A stretch of DNA of 28,076 bases from a virus (lineage: Duplodnaviria; Caudoviricetes): IMG/VR virus record IMGVR_UViG_3300050004_000004, positions 1 to 28,076 of that record; one strand, written 5' to 3'. The position numbers and the translations under genes were made by a program. Shown here piece after piece: positions 1 through 9,595 of this stretch. A model generated the notes under the pieces. That model did not search any database. It saw nothing but the letters and a program-made list of their open reading frames with translations, and had not been told where the DNA came from. Position 1 is the first letter of the stretch. Each line of letters begins with the position of its first letter.

Positions 1-1170
1 TTTGTCCATTGCCGCGTAAGTCATCCAGCCGCCCGAGTTCCACGCAACCTCCACGAGCCGGGGCGGGCTCCAGTTGGCTCCGTTGTCGCGGCTGGTGCGG
101 ATGAGAGCGTCCCCGTTGGTGCCGGTGCTGCGGTACACGCACGCCAGCGCCCCGTCGTTGACCCAGCACGTAGCGGGACGACCACTGCCCGCGAACTTAG
201 CTACGCCACCGCTCCAGTTGACGGTGTTGTCTGCCGTGGTACTGACCCCAATCTGGTTGAAGTTGCCATGGCGGTATGTCATCACACCGGTCTGGCCCTT
301 CATCGTGATGTAAGGCTCTTGCCTGTGATCACCGGCAGCTTCACCGTTGATGATCTTCACCGGAGTTGCCCACGTGGCACCCCCGTCTGTGGACTTCACC
401 GTCCAGCAGGATTCCCAGGTTTCCACGTTAGAGCGGCCGTAGAAAGGGATCACGAGTGTACCGGTGTTCAGCTCCACGCACGGAGCCGAGCAGGCCGCGC
501 GGAACATCAAGTTGTCTACGCGAACCTCAGTACTCCAGGTGACGCCCTCGTCGTCGCTGTAGCTAAAGAACACTCCAGCTCCGGGGTTGCCCGTCACACC
601 CTTGAAGTAGGTGATGTACACGCGCGTGCCGCTGCGGCTGAGCGAGAGCTGCGGGTCGCGGAAGTCAACGGACGAGACCCCGTTCCACAAAAGGAAAGAA
701 GCCGACCACGTCTTGCCCTGGTCGGTACTGGTGGCAGCCCGGAATCCACCGTCAATACTCGTGTGGCTCGCGCCAATGCGCCAAGCCATCAGGATCTTGC
801 CGTTGGGGAACACCACCACGCCCGGGAACGCAGAGTGAAACGAGTCGCCGCCGTACGGCCGAATGGGCCTGAAAGACCGAGCTCCGCCTGCGCCGCTAGC
901 CCCCGATGACTCGTAGCGCCAGTTGGCCGAACCGGTAACCCCAGTGGGGTTGATGATGCTCTGCCGCGTGTCGGTTTCGTATGCCTGGATGCCGGGGAAC
1001 AGGTTCGTGGTGGGGCGGGTTGCACTGGTGCAGATGATGCGCCCCACCGAACCGTCGAAGGCGTTCAGCGCTGCGTTCACCTTCCCTTGCAGCGCAGTGG
1101 TTGGCGACGAACCAGCGAGCGTGTCTGTGCCCTCGACGTGCGTCAGCCCGAGGCGGGGCGTTGTGGTCAT
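1..1170 (-). CDS. Tail-associated Asp-box/BNR (sialidase-like) beta-propeller protein, probable receptor-binding protein or depolymerase; 3' end runs off the window
   Basis: Not in the ORF track. Hand translation from ATG 1170 (ATGA overlap with the upstream stop) stays open for 390 codons: MTTTPRLGLTHVEG...; phage anchor-like ICTSATRP..LFPGIQAYETDT; Asp boxes STDQGKTW (706-729), SDDEGVTW (535-558), STDGGATW (370-393), degenerate TADNTVNW (214-237), SRDNGANW (70-93). Confidence 0.85.
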   Translation of the reverse strand, partial: MTTTPRLGLTHVEGTDTLAGSSPTTALQGKVNAALNAFDGSVGRIICTSATRPTTNLFPGIQAYETDTRQSIINPTGVTGSANWRYESSGASGAGGARSFRPIRPYGGDSFHSAFPGVVVFPNGKILMAWRIGASHTSIDGGFRAATSTDQGKTWSASFLLWNGVSSVDFRDPQLSLSRSGTRVYITYFKGVTGNPGAGVFFSYSDDEGVTWSTEVRVDNLMFRAACSAPCVELNTGTLVIPFYGRSNVETWESCWTVKSTDGGATWATPVKIINGEAAGDHRQEPYITMKGQTGVMTYRHGNFNQIGVSTTADNTVNWSGGVAKFAGSGRPATCWVNDGALACVYRSTGTNGDALIRTSRDNGANWSPPRLVEVAWNSGGWMTYAAMDK

Positions 1171-1370
1171 TTCGGCATCCTCAATTCCTCGGGTACGGAC
1201 TCGTCATAAATGGTGGCGTCCAGGCGGGTTATCTTCATTAGCTCCTCGCCTATCTCTACATCTGGGTCATTCATCAGCCTGGCCAGTGTTTCGTCGTCCA
1301 TGGCAACGCGATACTCCTGGCCTCCCCGGAAGAACTGCACCAGGGTCTCTTCGCCATTCTCCACGAACAT
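1167..1370 (-). CDS. 67-aa acidic hypothetical protein in the tail module
   Basis: C-terminal part of track ORF 1167..1916; ATG 1370 preceded by AGGAG, 8 nt after the upstream stop; its stop overlaps the next ATG. Confidence 0.75.
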   Translation of the reverse strand: MFVENGEETLVQFFRGGQEYRVAMDDETLARLMNDPDVEIGEELMKITRLDATIYDESVPEELRMPK

Positions 1371-1378
1371 TGCTTCTC

Positions 1379-4153
1379 CTAGAAGGGAATCACTACGAGG
1401 TGGCGCTCGCCAAACTGCGCAACGTTTACCGCGTCCAGCGAAGTGTACTTCATGGTCACGAAGTATGTGCCAGCCGCAGACAATCCCTCGAGCAGGAAGA
1501 ACTTCGTTGCGGCTATGGCACCGAACCCAGTGTCGTGAAGTCCAACGGATCGAAAGAACGAAGCGGCCAAGAAGTATCCGCTTGGCCCAGCAACATCGAA
1601 TCCAGCGTAGGCCGCGTTCGCTCCGGTGTTGTTGCACCAGGCACCCACCCCGACCAGCATCCGCAGCGTGTTGCCCACTTCTACACTCAGGGTGGGGCCG
1701 ATCGTGGCTAGGTCGCCGTAAGTGGTGGCGTTGCGGTTCTGCGTAGTGGAAACCGTTGATGCCTGCGTACCGAAGGCCATGGTGCTGACCCGCACCAACG
1801 CGCCGAGGTCGTTCACCACCTCGATGCCTTCTGGGCCACTGGCGAGCTCGCCAATGCGGGCGACGCGTGCGCCGTTGTCCTTGTACACCTGGACACCATG
1901 CCGCCCGTCGAGGCATTCCCCGACTTCCAGGATGACGTTGCCGTTGGCGTTCTTGACGGTGAGCGCACCGTCATTGATCTCGATACCACCCCGTCCGTTC
2001 ACAGTGAGCTTTCCGTCGAGATTGCTCCACCGCAACAGGTTCTGGTTCGTGGCGCTGTAGCCCTTGATGCCATCGCTAGTGATGTCCACACGAGCACCTG
2101 CGCCACCAGTGGTGATCTTGCCGCCGATCAGCCACTCCGCACTGATCGTACCGGCTGTGACCTTGTCCACCGTTAGGTTCCGAATGTACTGATTGTCAAT
2201 GAGCTCTGCGGTGGCCACGGCAGGCGGGGAGGGCTGCGACTTGTTCCCGCTCTGGTCTACTGCGATAACCCGGAAATGCATCGGTGTAGTCTGGATAACC
2301 TGGAAGCTGCCAACCACTGGGATCATGCCCGTGATCATCCCCCAGTCCGCCGGTATCTTTCCGATCAACGTGCCGTCGTTCGGTGTGTACAGCGGGTCCT
2401 CTGACCCGTGCAGTTCCAAGTGCCCTAGGTCTCTGTCCAGATTGAATTCACCGCCCGTGGAGCGGCCAAGCTTGTGCACCACCAGTACGGCCATGGGGTT
2501 CGCCGCGACCTCCGGGGCTGCGGGAGTAGCTGGTGGGAATATGTCCCGGCTTGCCTGCCACGCGTAGATGTCCGACCAGGCACCAAGGTTCGGCGGCTTG
2601 CCGTTGTCCACCGCTCGTATCTGCGCTTCGTACGTCATGCCTGGCGTCAGCTCCTGCAAGCGCCACCGAAGCACCTCCGGCGGGGCCGTGACGTACTGCC
2701 ATTCCGTTTCGATGTCTAGGACGATGGGGTCGTCAACCGTATTCAGGTCGGACATCATGTCGGAAAGCGCGTCCAGCTCCTCGAGTGTGAATTCCGTCAA
2801 TGGCGTGGCGGACTGCCGGTAGCGAATGTCGTAATAAGCCAGGTCCACCATTGTGGAGGCGTCCGTGTTCGGTGGCTTGATCCAGCTGAGTTCTGTCTCT
2901 GCCTTCGTCTCGCCGGTGATCGGTGATTGGTACTGCGCCTGAACGAACGGCAACACCCACTGCGTTTCATCTGGAACAGTGGTGTTGATGTCGGGCAACA
3001 CGATCGGGAACGTGCCGCTGCCGCCTTCGGTCAGGCTGCGGTTGTAACCGCCCACCACCAGGTTCGTGACCCCCTGCTCGGGTACGAAGTGCTTGCTTAG
3101 GTCCAGCCATTCCCCCGTGCCCGTGCGGTAGAGCACGCTCATGCGGCTCGTCACCGGCCAACTGGTTTCCGTCAGGCGCAGCTTGAACGGGTTGATGCGC
3201 ATTCCCCGGAATATCACTTCGTTGTTTACATCCAGCAGATCCATGCCGGGGTCGTAAACCCAGATGTAGTCTCCGACTGCTGCCTTGCCCTTGATGTCGT
3301 AGTCGGTGGTGCTCAACGAAAGCGCGTCCCGCGTGCCCTTGAATCTGTTCAGCTGCAGAGTGGCACGGGCGGGGGCGTTAGTCGCATCAGTGTCGCTTTC
3401 CTGAATGATGCGAACCCGCTTGACCTTGTTCCCGTGAATATCCACGAACGGGATTTCCCCTGGCGTAAGTTCCGTTTCCGCCGTGACGAACTGACCGTTG
3501 ATGCCTTGCCCCAACAACGCGACGCCTGTCGTGTAGTCCTCCACGTCCCGGTCCGTTTCCGCCAGCCCTGCTAGCCCGCGCAGGAACAGGTCGTCAACGT
3601 TGATGTCCTTGGCTACCACGACGCACTTCGGGTTCACAATGAACAGATCGGATTCCAGCCCCGCGTCGAGCGTGCCATCCCCGTTTACCCGCCAGGCATG
3701 GTCGCCGAGCGTCTGGCAGATGTAGTCGATGACGTCGCGCGGTGTCTGGTACTGAAACGTGGATGGCCCGAACGTGTCCCCGGTCACGAACAGCGTGCCC
3801 TCGGTGATGGCTCCCGACGCGGGCAACAGCTCTCGAATGACGTCGTCAAAGTCACCGTTCACTGTGACCGGATCCAGGAACACGTCGCCCTTGCCCTCAG
3901 CGTCGCCCAGCCACAGCGCCATTCCCGCGCCACCGATGGAGCGCCTGTCCGCCGTGTTGTCGCTGATTCTGGTTACTGGCCCCACGTACCGCGCAGTGCG
4001 CAGCAGGGAGTCGTCTAGTGGGGCGGGTTGACGCCCTGGCACGATGGCGATGTGACCAAAGTAGTCAATCTCCTTCCATAGCTCATCGGGCATCCCCTTC
4101 TTGAAGGTCAGTCCCCACGAACCCAGTGCCCGCAGCGTTTCCGTGACGGCCAT
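1379..4153 (-). CDS. Large minor tail protein (hub/central fibre-like) with FN3-like domains, 924 aa
   Basis: Second gene after the tape measure; FN3 signatures (ELSWIKP, YDIRYRQ, LTPGMTYEAQIRAVDN, FRVIAVDQSGNKSQPS); fibre-like IRNLTVDKVTAGTISA followed by beta repeats. Confidence 0.85.
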   Translation of the reverse strand: MAVTETLRALGSWGLTFKKGMPDELWKEIDYFGHIAIVPGRQPAPLDDSLLRTARYVGPVTRISDNTADRRSIGGAGMALWLGDAEGKGDVFLDPVTVNGDFDDVIRELLPASGAITEGTLFVTGDTFGPSTFQYQTPRDVIDYICQTLGDHAWRVNGDGTLDAGLESDLFIVNPKCVVVAKDINVDDLFLRGLAGLAETDRDVEDYTTGVALLGQGINGQFVTAETELTPGEIPFVDIHGNKVKRVRIIQESDTDATNAPARATLQLNRFKGTRDALSLSTTDYDIKGKAAVGDYIWVYDPGMDLLDVNNEVIFRGMRINPFKLRLTETSWPVTSRMSVLYRTGTGEWLDLSKHFVPEQGVTNLVVGGYNRSLTEGGSGTFPIVLPDINTTVPDETQWVLPFVQAQYQSPITGETKAETELSWIKPPNTDASTMVDLAYYDIRYRQSATPLTEFTLEELDALSDMMSDLNTVDDPIVLDIETEWQYVTAPPEVLRWRLQELTPGMTYEAQIRAVDNGKPPNLGAWSDIYAWQASRDIFPPATPAAPEVAANPMAVLVVHKLGRSTGGEFNLDRDLGHLELHGSEDPLYTPNDGTLIGKIPADWGMITGMIPVVGSFQVIQTTPMHFRVIAVDQSGNKSQPSPPAVATAELIDNQYIRNLTVDKVTAGTISAEWLIGGKITTGGAGARVDITSDGIKGYSATNQNLLRWSNLDGKLTVNGRGGIEINDGALTVKNANGNVILEVGECLDGRHGVQVYKDNGARVARIGELASGPEGIEVVNDLGALVRVSTMAFGTQASTVSTTQNRNATTYGDLATIGPTLSVEVGNTLRMLVGVGAWCNNTGANAAYAGFDVAGPSGYFLAASFFRSVGLHDTGFGAIAATKFFLLEGLSAAGTYFVTMKYTSLDAVNVAQFGERHLVVIPF

Positions 4154-5349
4154 CAGCGCCTCACCCCTTGCACCAGTTCGCTCGGTAGTCCGATGTATTG
4201 CTTTTGGAGATCGGCGGCCACGTCGCCGGTCACTGCACCGGTGCCGCCTGCCACGACGCCGACGAACGCGTCCAGCGTGGCCGCTGCGGCTCGGCTGATG
4301 CCGCCGTTGAGGTCGGCCGTGAACGTACGCGCACTGCCCACAATGTACTTGTTGCCGTCCGCGTCGTTCGCCGAGGCAACCACCGTTCCACCGAGACTGT
4401 TCACACCGGTCTCGTTCGTGGCTCGCATGATCTTCAGTGCGCCGCCGAATTCGCTCTGCACGTACACTTCCGCGAACCGGTGCCCCCGCCTTAGGGTGAC
4501 GTCCACGTACAACCGCCCCGTGGTCATGTACCGCAGCAACCGGATGGTCACCAGCCCGAAGTCATTGTTGATCAGTTCACAGTGGTCGAACGTCCCGAGG
4601 CTTGCTGCGTTGAAGGTGATGTCCCATGCCTTGGTGCGCCAAGCCCCTCCCGTGTACGCGGCCACCTCCAACACACCACCCGAGGCAAGGGGCCGTACGC
4701 GTACCAGACCGTTTGAGAGCGTCCAGCCAGTAGTTGCCAGCCTGGCACCGTCTCCGGCGCGCTCACGGCCCAGCTCGTCGGTGAAGCGCACCCGACCAGT
4801 CAGGTAACCGGCGGGGGTCGTAGCCCAGCGCGGGCTCATGGTGGCGCTGAACCCGGTGTACAACTTCAGGACCCCGTCTTCGCCCGTGCGGCTTACTGCC
4901 GTGGTGACCGTGCCATCGGTCCAGTAGCCACCGTGCACAATGGCCGGAGCATGTGTCCGGACACCCACCACAGTGAAGTCGTTGACGCGCGTGAGCGCCC
5001 CGCTGAGCCGGGACTCAACGTCCGTGTCGCTTTCAGTGCCAATCCGAGTCAGGTTCACGGTCCATTGAAATGTCCTCATGTCGTCGTCGAAATCGCGAAT
5101 GGTTCCCTGCGCGTCATCAATGGTGTAGAAGCCGTTCAGGTAATCCTTCATGCTGAACACAACGGGCACGAAGTTCCCCGCCAGTGTCAGCATGTCCTCG
5201 CGCTGCCGGACGACCGCTGCGGCAGACAGGCGGGGGATGGACTCCTGCCCCGTCAACGTCATTGAGCGTTCGCTCTCATTGCCTTGCTCGGCCACGGTCA
5301 GGTCCTCGCGAATGACCATGCGCCCCAGTTGAAGTGTTTGCGTAGGCAT
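4153..5349 (-). CDS. Minor tail protein (distal-tail position), 398 aa
   Basis: Directly after the tape measure, TGATG-coupled at both ends, beta-rich composition. Confidence 0.75.
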   Translation of the reverse strand: MPTQTLQLGRMVIREDLTVAEQGNESERSMTLTGQESIPRLSAAAVVRQREDMLTLAGNFVPVVFSMKDYLNGFYTIDDAQGTIRDFDDDMRTFQWTVNLTRIGTESDTDVESRLSGALTRVNDFTVVGVRTHAPAIVHGGYWTDGTVTTAVSRTGEDGVLKLYTGFSATMSPRWATTPAGYLTGRVRFTDELGRERAGDGARLATTGWTLSNGLVRVRPLASGGVLEVAAYTGGAWRTKAWDITFNAASLGTFDHCELINNDFGLVTIRLLRYMTTGRLYVDVTLRRGHRFAEVYVQSEFGGALKIMRATNETGVNSLGGTVVASANDADGNKYIVGSARTFTADLNGGISRAAAATLDAFVGVVAGGTGAVTGDVAADLQKQYIGLPSELVQGVRR

Positions 5350-8300
5350 CAGGCATACTCCTTGTCCAGGTTGCGCAGCTCATCCTTCAGGCGCACCATG
5401 GTTCGCCGGAATGCCACGGGGTTTGTCGGGTCCAGGTTGCCTTGTACGATCACGTCCACCTTCTCGATGATGACCGTGCGACCGCTCGTTGCCGTAGCCC
5501 CGTCGCCGCCACGCACTGGCACAGTTGCGAGGTTGTTCAGCGCCGCGTCCATCGCGAAGTTATCCGGTAGCCCAGAAGTGTTCGCCTGCAAGTTCATTGT
5601 GGTCGCCAGCGTGCCGCTGGCCCCGGTGAGCTCGGTACCAACTGCCTGCGCCATGTTGGCCGCAGCACGTACGGCCGAGGTAGCCGACGTGTCAATGCCG
5701 CGCACCAAACCGGCCACAATGTTCTCGCCAGCCTCAGCGGCCAGTTTGGACGGCGAACTAATTCCGAAGAATCCCAGGACGTTGTCCCAGGCGTCCCCGA
5801 TGATCTGCTTGAGCTTCTGCCAGATCTTGTAGGCAGCATTTCCGAGGCCGCGCACGATGCCCGCAATGAGGTCTCCAGCCCAACTGACCAGCTTGCCAGG
5901 CAATGACTTGAGGAAGTCCATTACCTTGCCAGGCAGGTCCCGGAAGTACTGAAGAACATCCCGAACGAATCCGCCAACGCCATTCGTGATATCGTTCCAG
6001 ATACCGCTGAAGAAGTTAGCGATGCCATTCCACAGCACCGAGGCGATGTTCTTTATCTCATTCCACTTTTGCGTGAAGAACCCCGTGATGGTGTTCCACA
6101 GCTCAATGGCACTGTCCTTGATCTCTGTCCAGATGCGAACGAAGAAGTTGCGAATGCCTTCCCAGAGCGCAACCGCCTGCGTGCTGATGTCATTCCAGAT
6201 ACCAGAAAGGTAAGCGCTGATGGCGTCCCAGTTCTGAATGATGAGAACAACCAGCGTGATGATGACCGCTGCGATGGCGATGAAGGGGTTGGCCATCATG
6301 ACGATGTTCAGCGCACGCCACACGATGGCCGCAGCCTGGACCGCCTTGTTAGCCGCGTATAGGCCAGCGATCACCGGGCCGAGTGCCGGTCCAAGGAATC
6401 CGATGATGTCAGCGAACACCTGGAATATCGGAGCGACCACCTGGATGGCTCCGGCGAGGTACACACCAACAGCGTCAGCAAAGGCCACAATGAACGGTTC
6501 CAGAGCAACCAGGATGTCGGCGGCTGCCTCCAAGAAGCTCATGAATACCTTGCCGTATGCCCCGCCAATGGATGCGAGGATACGACCTAGCGCCTGCAAG
6601 GATTCCTGGCCCTCCGCGCTCTTGAGGAATTCTGCTACCTGCCCCGTGAGCTCCGTGAGCGTGTTGAGCGCGCCACCGCCCGTTGTGTCCAGTGCGCTGA
6701 ACACCGAGCCGATGATTGAGCCTAGGTTCTTCAGCAGTTGCCAGAGCTCATTAGCCGTGTCCATGGCATCCTGCATCCACTGGCGTAGCTCGCCGGACTC
6801 CTTAGCAGCGTTGACGAACTCCCGGAACCGCGCTGCCGCATTGCTGGCGTTGGTGGCCATCTGGGGGAGGAATTCACTGCCCACACTGGCAATGTCCAGG
6901 AAGGCCGCGAGCAAATCCCGCACGAGCGTGCGCAGGTTGCCAACCGCCTCGCCAGTGTTGGCGAAGATGGACGCCACGTTGCTCTGCGCTTCGGTGGTCT
7001 TAAGGTACGCAACGGTTTCCTTGACAATTCCGTTGAGCCCCTTGGCAATGCCGCGCATGCCCTCGCCAAGGAGGGGGAAGTACGTGTTGGCCAGTGGCCG
7101 CACTTCTGCCGCGAGCCCAGCGAACAGTTCCTCCTGAACAGACCGCTTGAGCGCCTCCCATTCGTCCTTGAGCCCCAACACTTCCTGAACGAACGCGCGG
7201 GCACTGGGGCTCAGCTTGGCCATCGCCTCCGCGAAGGCATCGGCCGCGCCACCGCCTGCCGCTCCGGCTTCCGCCGCGTTCTCGTATGCCTCAGCGAGGT
7301 TGCGCTGCGCGTCAATGACGCCCTGCACCGCATCCGCTACCTGTCGGGCTGCGTCAACCTGTGTCTGCCGAACGTTGTCCTGCGCTTCGGCGAGCGCTTC
7401 CTGCGCCTGCACCACGGATTGCGTCGCGTCTCGCACGCCATCCTGCGCATTGACAACGGCTTCGCTGCCCGCCACCCCGGCTTCTGCCGCAGCGGTCGCG
7501 TCAACCTTGAGCCGTTCGTTTTCCTTGCGCGTCTCTTCAAGTGCCAGCTTCTGGCGCTCGTAGTTGATGGTGGCTTGCTCAACGTCGTCGGCGTTCGCGG
7601 TGGGGTCGTTGAGAACCTTCTGTAGTTCCTCGTAGGCTTCCTTGACGTCCAGCACCGCTTGCCGCTCGTCAAGGCTGCCACCGGAAAGCGCGAACCGCAG
7701 GTCCTCTAGGTCACGAACGGCTTGCTGCCGCGCCTTGTTGAGATCCTGCTGAGCTCGGATGGCGTCCCGTTGCGCGGATTGCAGGTCACGCTCTGCGTCA
7801 AGCACTTGCTTGACCGCCTGCGCCACCGACCGCGCAGCGTCTTCCTGCGTGCGCCTTAGGTTCTCTTCGGCATCAGCCAGGCTGCGCTTGGCCTCTTGGA
7901 TTGCGCGTGCTGCGGCACGCTGCGCCTTGGCGCTTGACGCTGCGGCACCACCCGCGCCCTTGGCTGCCTGCCCCGCTGCCTTGAACGCGTCTCCGATGCC
8001 ACTCATGCCAGTGGCCACGGTCCCGCCTACAGCGGCCAATGCGGCCAGTGCGCCAGCCGCCACACCAGCAAGCCCCGCCAGGCTGGCCAGGGCCACACCA
8101 AGCCCTGCAATCGTCGGCGTAGCAACAGCCGCGCCACCGATGACGAGCCGCATGCGACCGCTGAAGGTGTTGAGCAGGCTGGAGCTCCGCGCAGTGTTCC
8201 CCTGGATCTGCCGCAAGCTTTCCGCGAACTGCCGTAGCTGGCTACTGTCCACGTCCGGTGTCAGGTCCGGGCTGGGCAGGCTGTTCAACCGTTGCCGCGC

Positions 8301-8762
8301 TACCCGCAGTGCGTCCGTGTTCTGCTGGAGCCGGTTGGTTGAGTTCACTGTGGCCTGTTGGGCCGAACGTACCGCGCGCTCCGCGTTAGATACTTCCTTG
8401 GCTGTTGACGCGGAGTTCTCGCGCACCCGCTGTAGGTTTTCCTCCGCAGCGGTCAACCGTGCCCGAGCCGCGAAGGCAGAGGCAGAGGCGTCGGTTACAT
8501 CCTTTTCCAGCTTCTTTACCGTCGCCGCCATTTGCTCGGCGGAAGCGTTGTCGAACTGAAGGGACTCCGACGCTTTGCGCGCCGAGGCCGCTAAGTCCTC
8601 GTAAGATTCCTGCGACTCCTTGGTCGACTTATCGATCTTATCGCCGGACTTAGTAGCCTCGTCGCCTACGTCTTGAATGTCCTCTCTGGCATCTTCAGCG
8701 CCCGAACCATCGTAATCAATTCGGATGGTGCCATGCGCCCTTCCGAGATTGTAGTCGGGCAT
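5349..8762 (-). CDS. Tape measure protein, 1137 aa
   Basis: Long Ala-rich coiled coil, hydrophobic segments, 11-residue Trp periodicity (WDAISAYLSGI WNDISTQAVAL WEGIRNFFVRI), C-terminal FGISSPSK motif; follows the chaperone genes. Confidence 0.95.
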   Translation of the reverse strand: MPDYNLGRAHGTIRIDYDGSGAEDAREDIQDVGDEATKSGDKIDKSTKESQESYEDLAASARKASESLQFDNASAEQMAATVKKLEKDVTDASASAFAARARLTAAEENLQRVRENSASTAKEVSNAERAVRSAQQATVNSTNRLQQNTDALRVARQRLNSLPSPDLTPDVDSSQLRQFAESLRQIQGNTARSSSLLNTFSGRMRLVIGGAAVATPTIAGLGVALASLAGLAGVAAGALAALAAVGGTVATGMSGIGDAFKAAGQAAKGAGGAAASSAKAQRAAARAIQEAKRSLADAEENLRRTQEDAARSVAQAVKQVLDAERDLQSAQRDAIRAQQDLNKARQQAVRDLEDLRFALSGGSLDERQAVLDVKEAYEELQKVLNDPTANADDVEQATINYERQKLALEETRKENERLKVDATAAAEAGVAGSEAVVNAQDGVRDATQSVVQAQEALAEAQDNVRQTQVDAARQVADAVQGVIDAQRNLAEAYENAAEAGAAGGGAADAFAEAMAKLSPSARAFVQEVLGLKDEWEALKRSVQEELFAGLAAEVRPLANTYFPLLGEGMRGIAKGLNGIVKETVAYLKTTEAQSNVASIFANTGEAVGNLRTLVRDLLAAFLDIASVGSEFLPQMATNASNAAARFREFVNAAKESGELRQWMQDAMDTANELWQLLKNLGSIIGSVFSALDTTGGGALNTLTELTGQVAEFLKSAEGQESLQALGRILASIGGAYGKVFMSFLEAAADILVALEPFIVAFADAVGVYLAGAIQVVAPIFQVFADIIGFLGPALGPVIAGLYAANKAVQAAAIVWRALNIVMMANPFIAIAAVIITLVVLIIQNWDAISAYLSGIWNDISTQAVALWEGIRNFFVRIWTEIKDSAIELWNTITGFFTQKWNEIKNIASVLWNGIANFFSGIWNDITNGVGGFVRDVLQYFRDLPGKVMDFLKSLPGKLVSWAGDLIAGIVRGLGNAAYKIWQKLKQIIGDAWDNVLGFFGISSPSKLAAEAGENIVAGLVRGIDTSATSAVRAAANMAQAVGTELTGASGTLATTMNLQANTSGLPDNFAMDAALNNLATVPVRGGDGATATSGRTVIIEKVDVIVQGNLDPTNPVAFRRTMVRLKDELRNLDKEYA

Positions 8763-8770
8763 TGCGCCAC

Positions 8771-9064
8771 CTAACCCTTCGCGGGGTCTCTGTACTTACG
8801 CTCTGGCTTTTCATCGAACCAGCGGGCAAAGACGTCTTCCCTGCGCCGCTTGCGTTCCGCTTCACTAAGTGGCTTCTTGCGCTTGCCGAGGTCCATTGCC
8901 TTTTCTAGATCGGCTTCTATTCCTCGGCCGAAGTGCATAACCGCCCTATCCAGATAAAAGCTGGCGAGCCTATCGCTTCGCACGAGGGCGAGGAGCTCGC
9001 TTGGCCGCTGGCCGTACGCTTGGCTCAGGTGCCATATCTCCCACACTCTCTTCGGGTTCTTCAC
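8771..9064 (-). CDS. Tail assembly chaperone downstream (T-like) frame, probably expressed as a frameshift fusion
   Basis: Overlaps the upstream chaperone by 95 nt in the +1 frame; ends 8 nt before the tape measure ATG; YGQRPSELL motif; no well-spaced SD of its own. Confidence 0.75.
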   Translation of the reverse strand: MKNPKRVWEIWHLSQAYGQRPSELLALVRSDRLASFYLDRAVMHFGRGIEADLEKAMDLGKRKKPLSEAERKRRREDVFARWFDEKPERKYRDPAKG

Positions 9065-9557
9065 GAAACTGCTCGGCGGTCCTCACCCCCTCCATCAGCT
9101 TGTTGAATACGGCCATTTTGTCGGAGAAGGGAACAGCGTCCGTGTAGTACAACCCGGCCACCCGCTCTTCGCCCTTACCCGGCGGCAGGTGCATTTCCGG
9201 TGCGACCACACCGAGGACCATTAGCTGGTCCATCACCTCTCGGAACGACCGAGAGTTTTCCGCGTTCTTCATGATCTCCTTCATGGAGACCTCGTCCAGG
9301 TTCGGCTCGTCCGGGTCCTCACCCGCACGCTTTGCGCGTTCCCGCTGAACGCGTTGCACTGGCGTCAGGCTGGCATTCTTGGCGTGGGTGTTCATCACCA
9401 CGCTCGTAGCGAAGTCCAGCTTGTCCAGTAGCCCATGCTCGCCGAGGCTCAGCGGGTCCATCTTGCGCAGCAGGCACAGGTCACCCGAGGGCAGTTTGAA
9501 TTCGAATTCAGCTTCCGCCCATGATTTCGGGGCGTACTTGTTTTCGGTGGAAGGCAT
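8970..9557 (-). CDS. Tail assembly chaperone (G-like), 195 aa
   Basis: Between major tail and tape measure; AGGAG SD; FKLPSG N-terminal motif. Confidence 0.85.
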   Translation of the reverse strand: MPSTENKYAPKSWAEAEFEFKLPSGDLCLLRKMDPLSLGEHGLLDKLDFATSVVMNTHAKNASLTPVQRVQRERAKRAGEDPDEPNLDEVSMKEIMKNAENSRSFREVMDQLMVLGVVAPEMHLPPGKGEERVAGLYYTDAVPFSDKMAVFNKLMEGVRTAEQFREEPEESVGDMAPEPSVRPAAKRAPRPRAKR

Positions 9558-9595
9558 CTGGTGCTCCTAGTTTCCACGTTGTTAGAACGGGGTGC

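Noticed and set aside
1371-1916. N-terminal extensions of track ORFs (1167..1916; likewise 10465..11169, 11825..13267, 13945..14493, 25690..26388, 26905..27456)
   Set aside because: They lie under upstream genes, have shadow-frame R/G/P composition, and better SD-supported or coupled starts exist downstream.
4572-4766. Alternative-frame ORF within the distal tail gene as a second overprinted gene
   Set aside because: Only a mild codon anomaly, shadow-like composition and no clear SD.
9082-9094. G-run GGAGGGGGTGAGG as the chaperone slippery site
   Set aside because: A TGA in the target frame follows the G-run immediately, so a shift there terminates.
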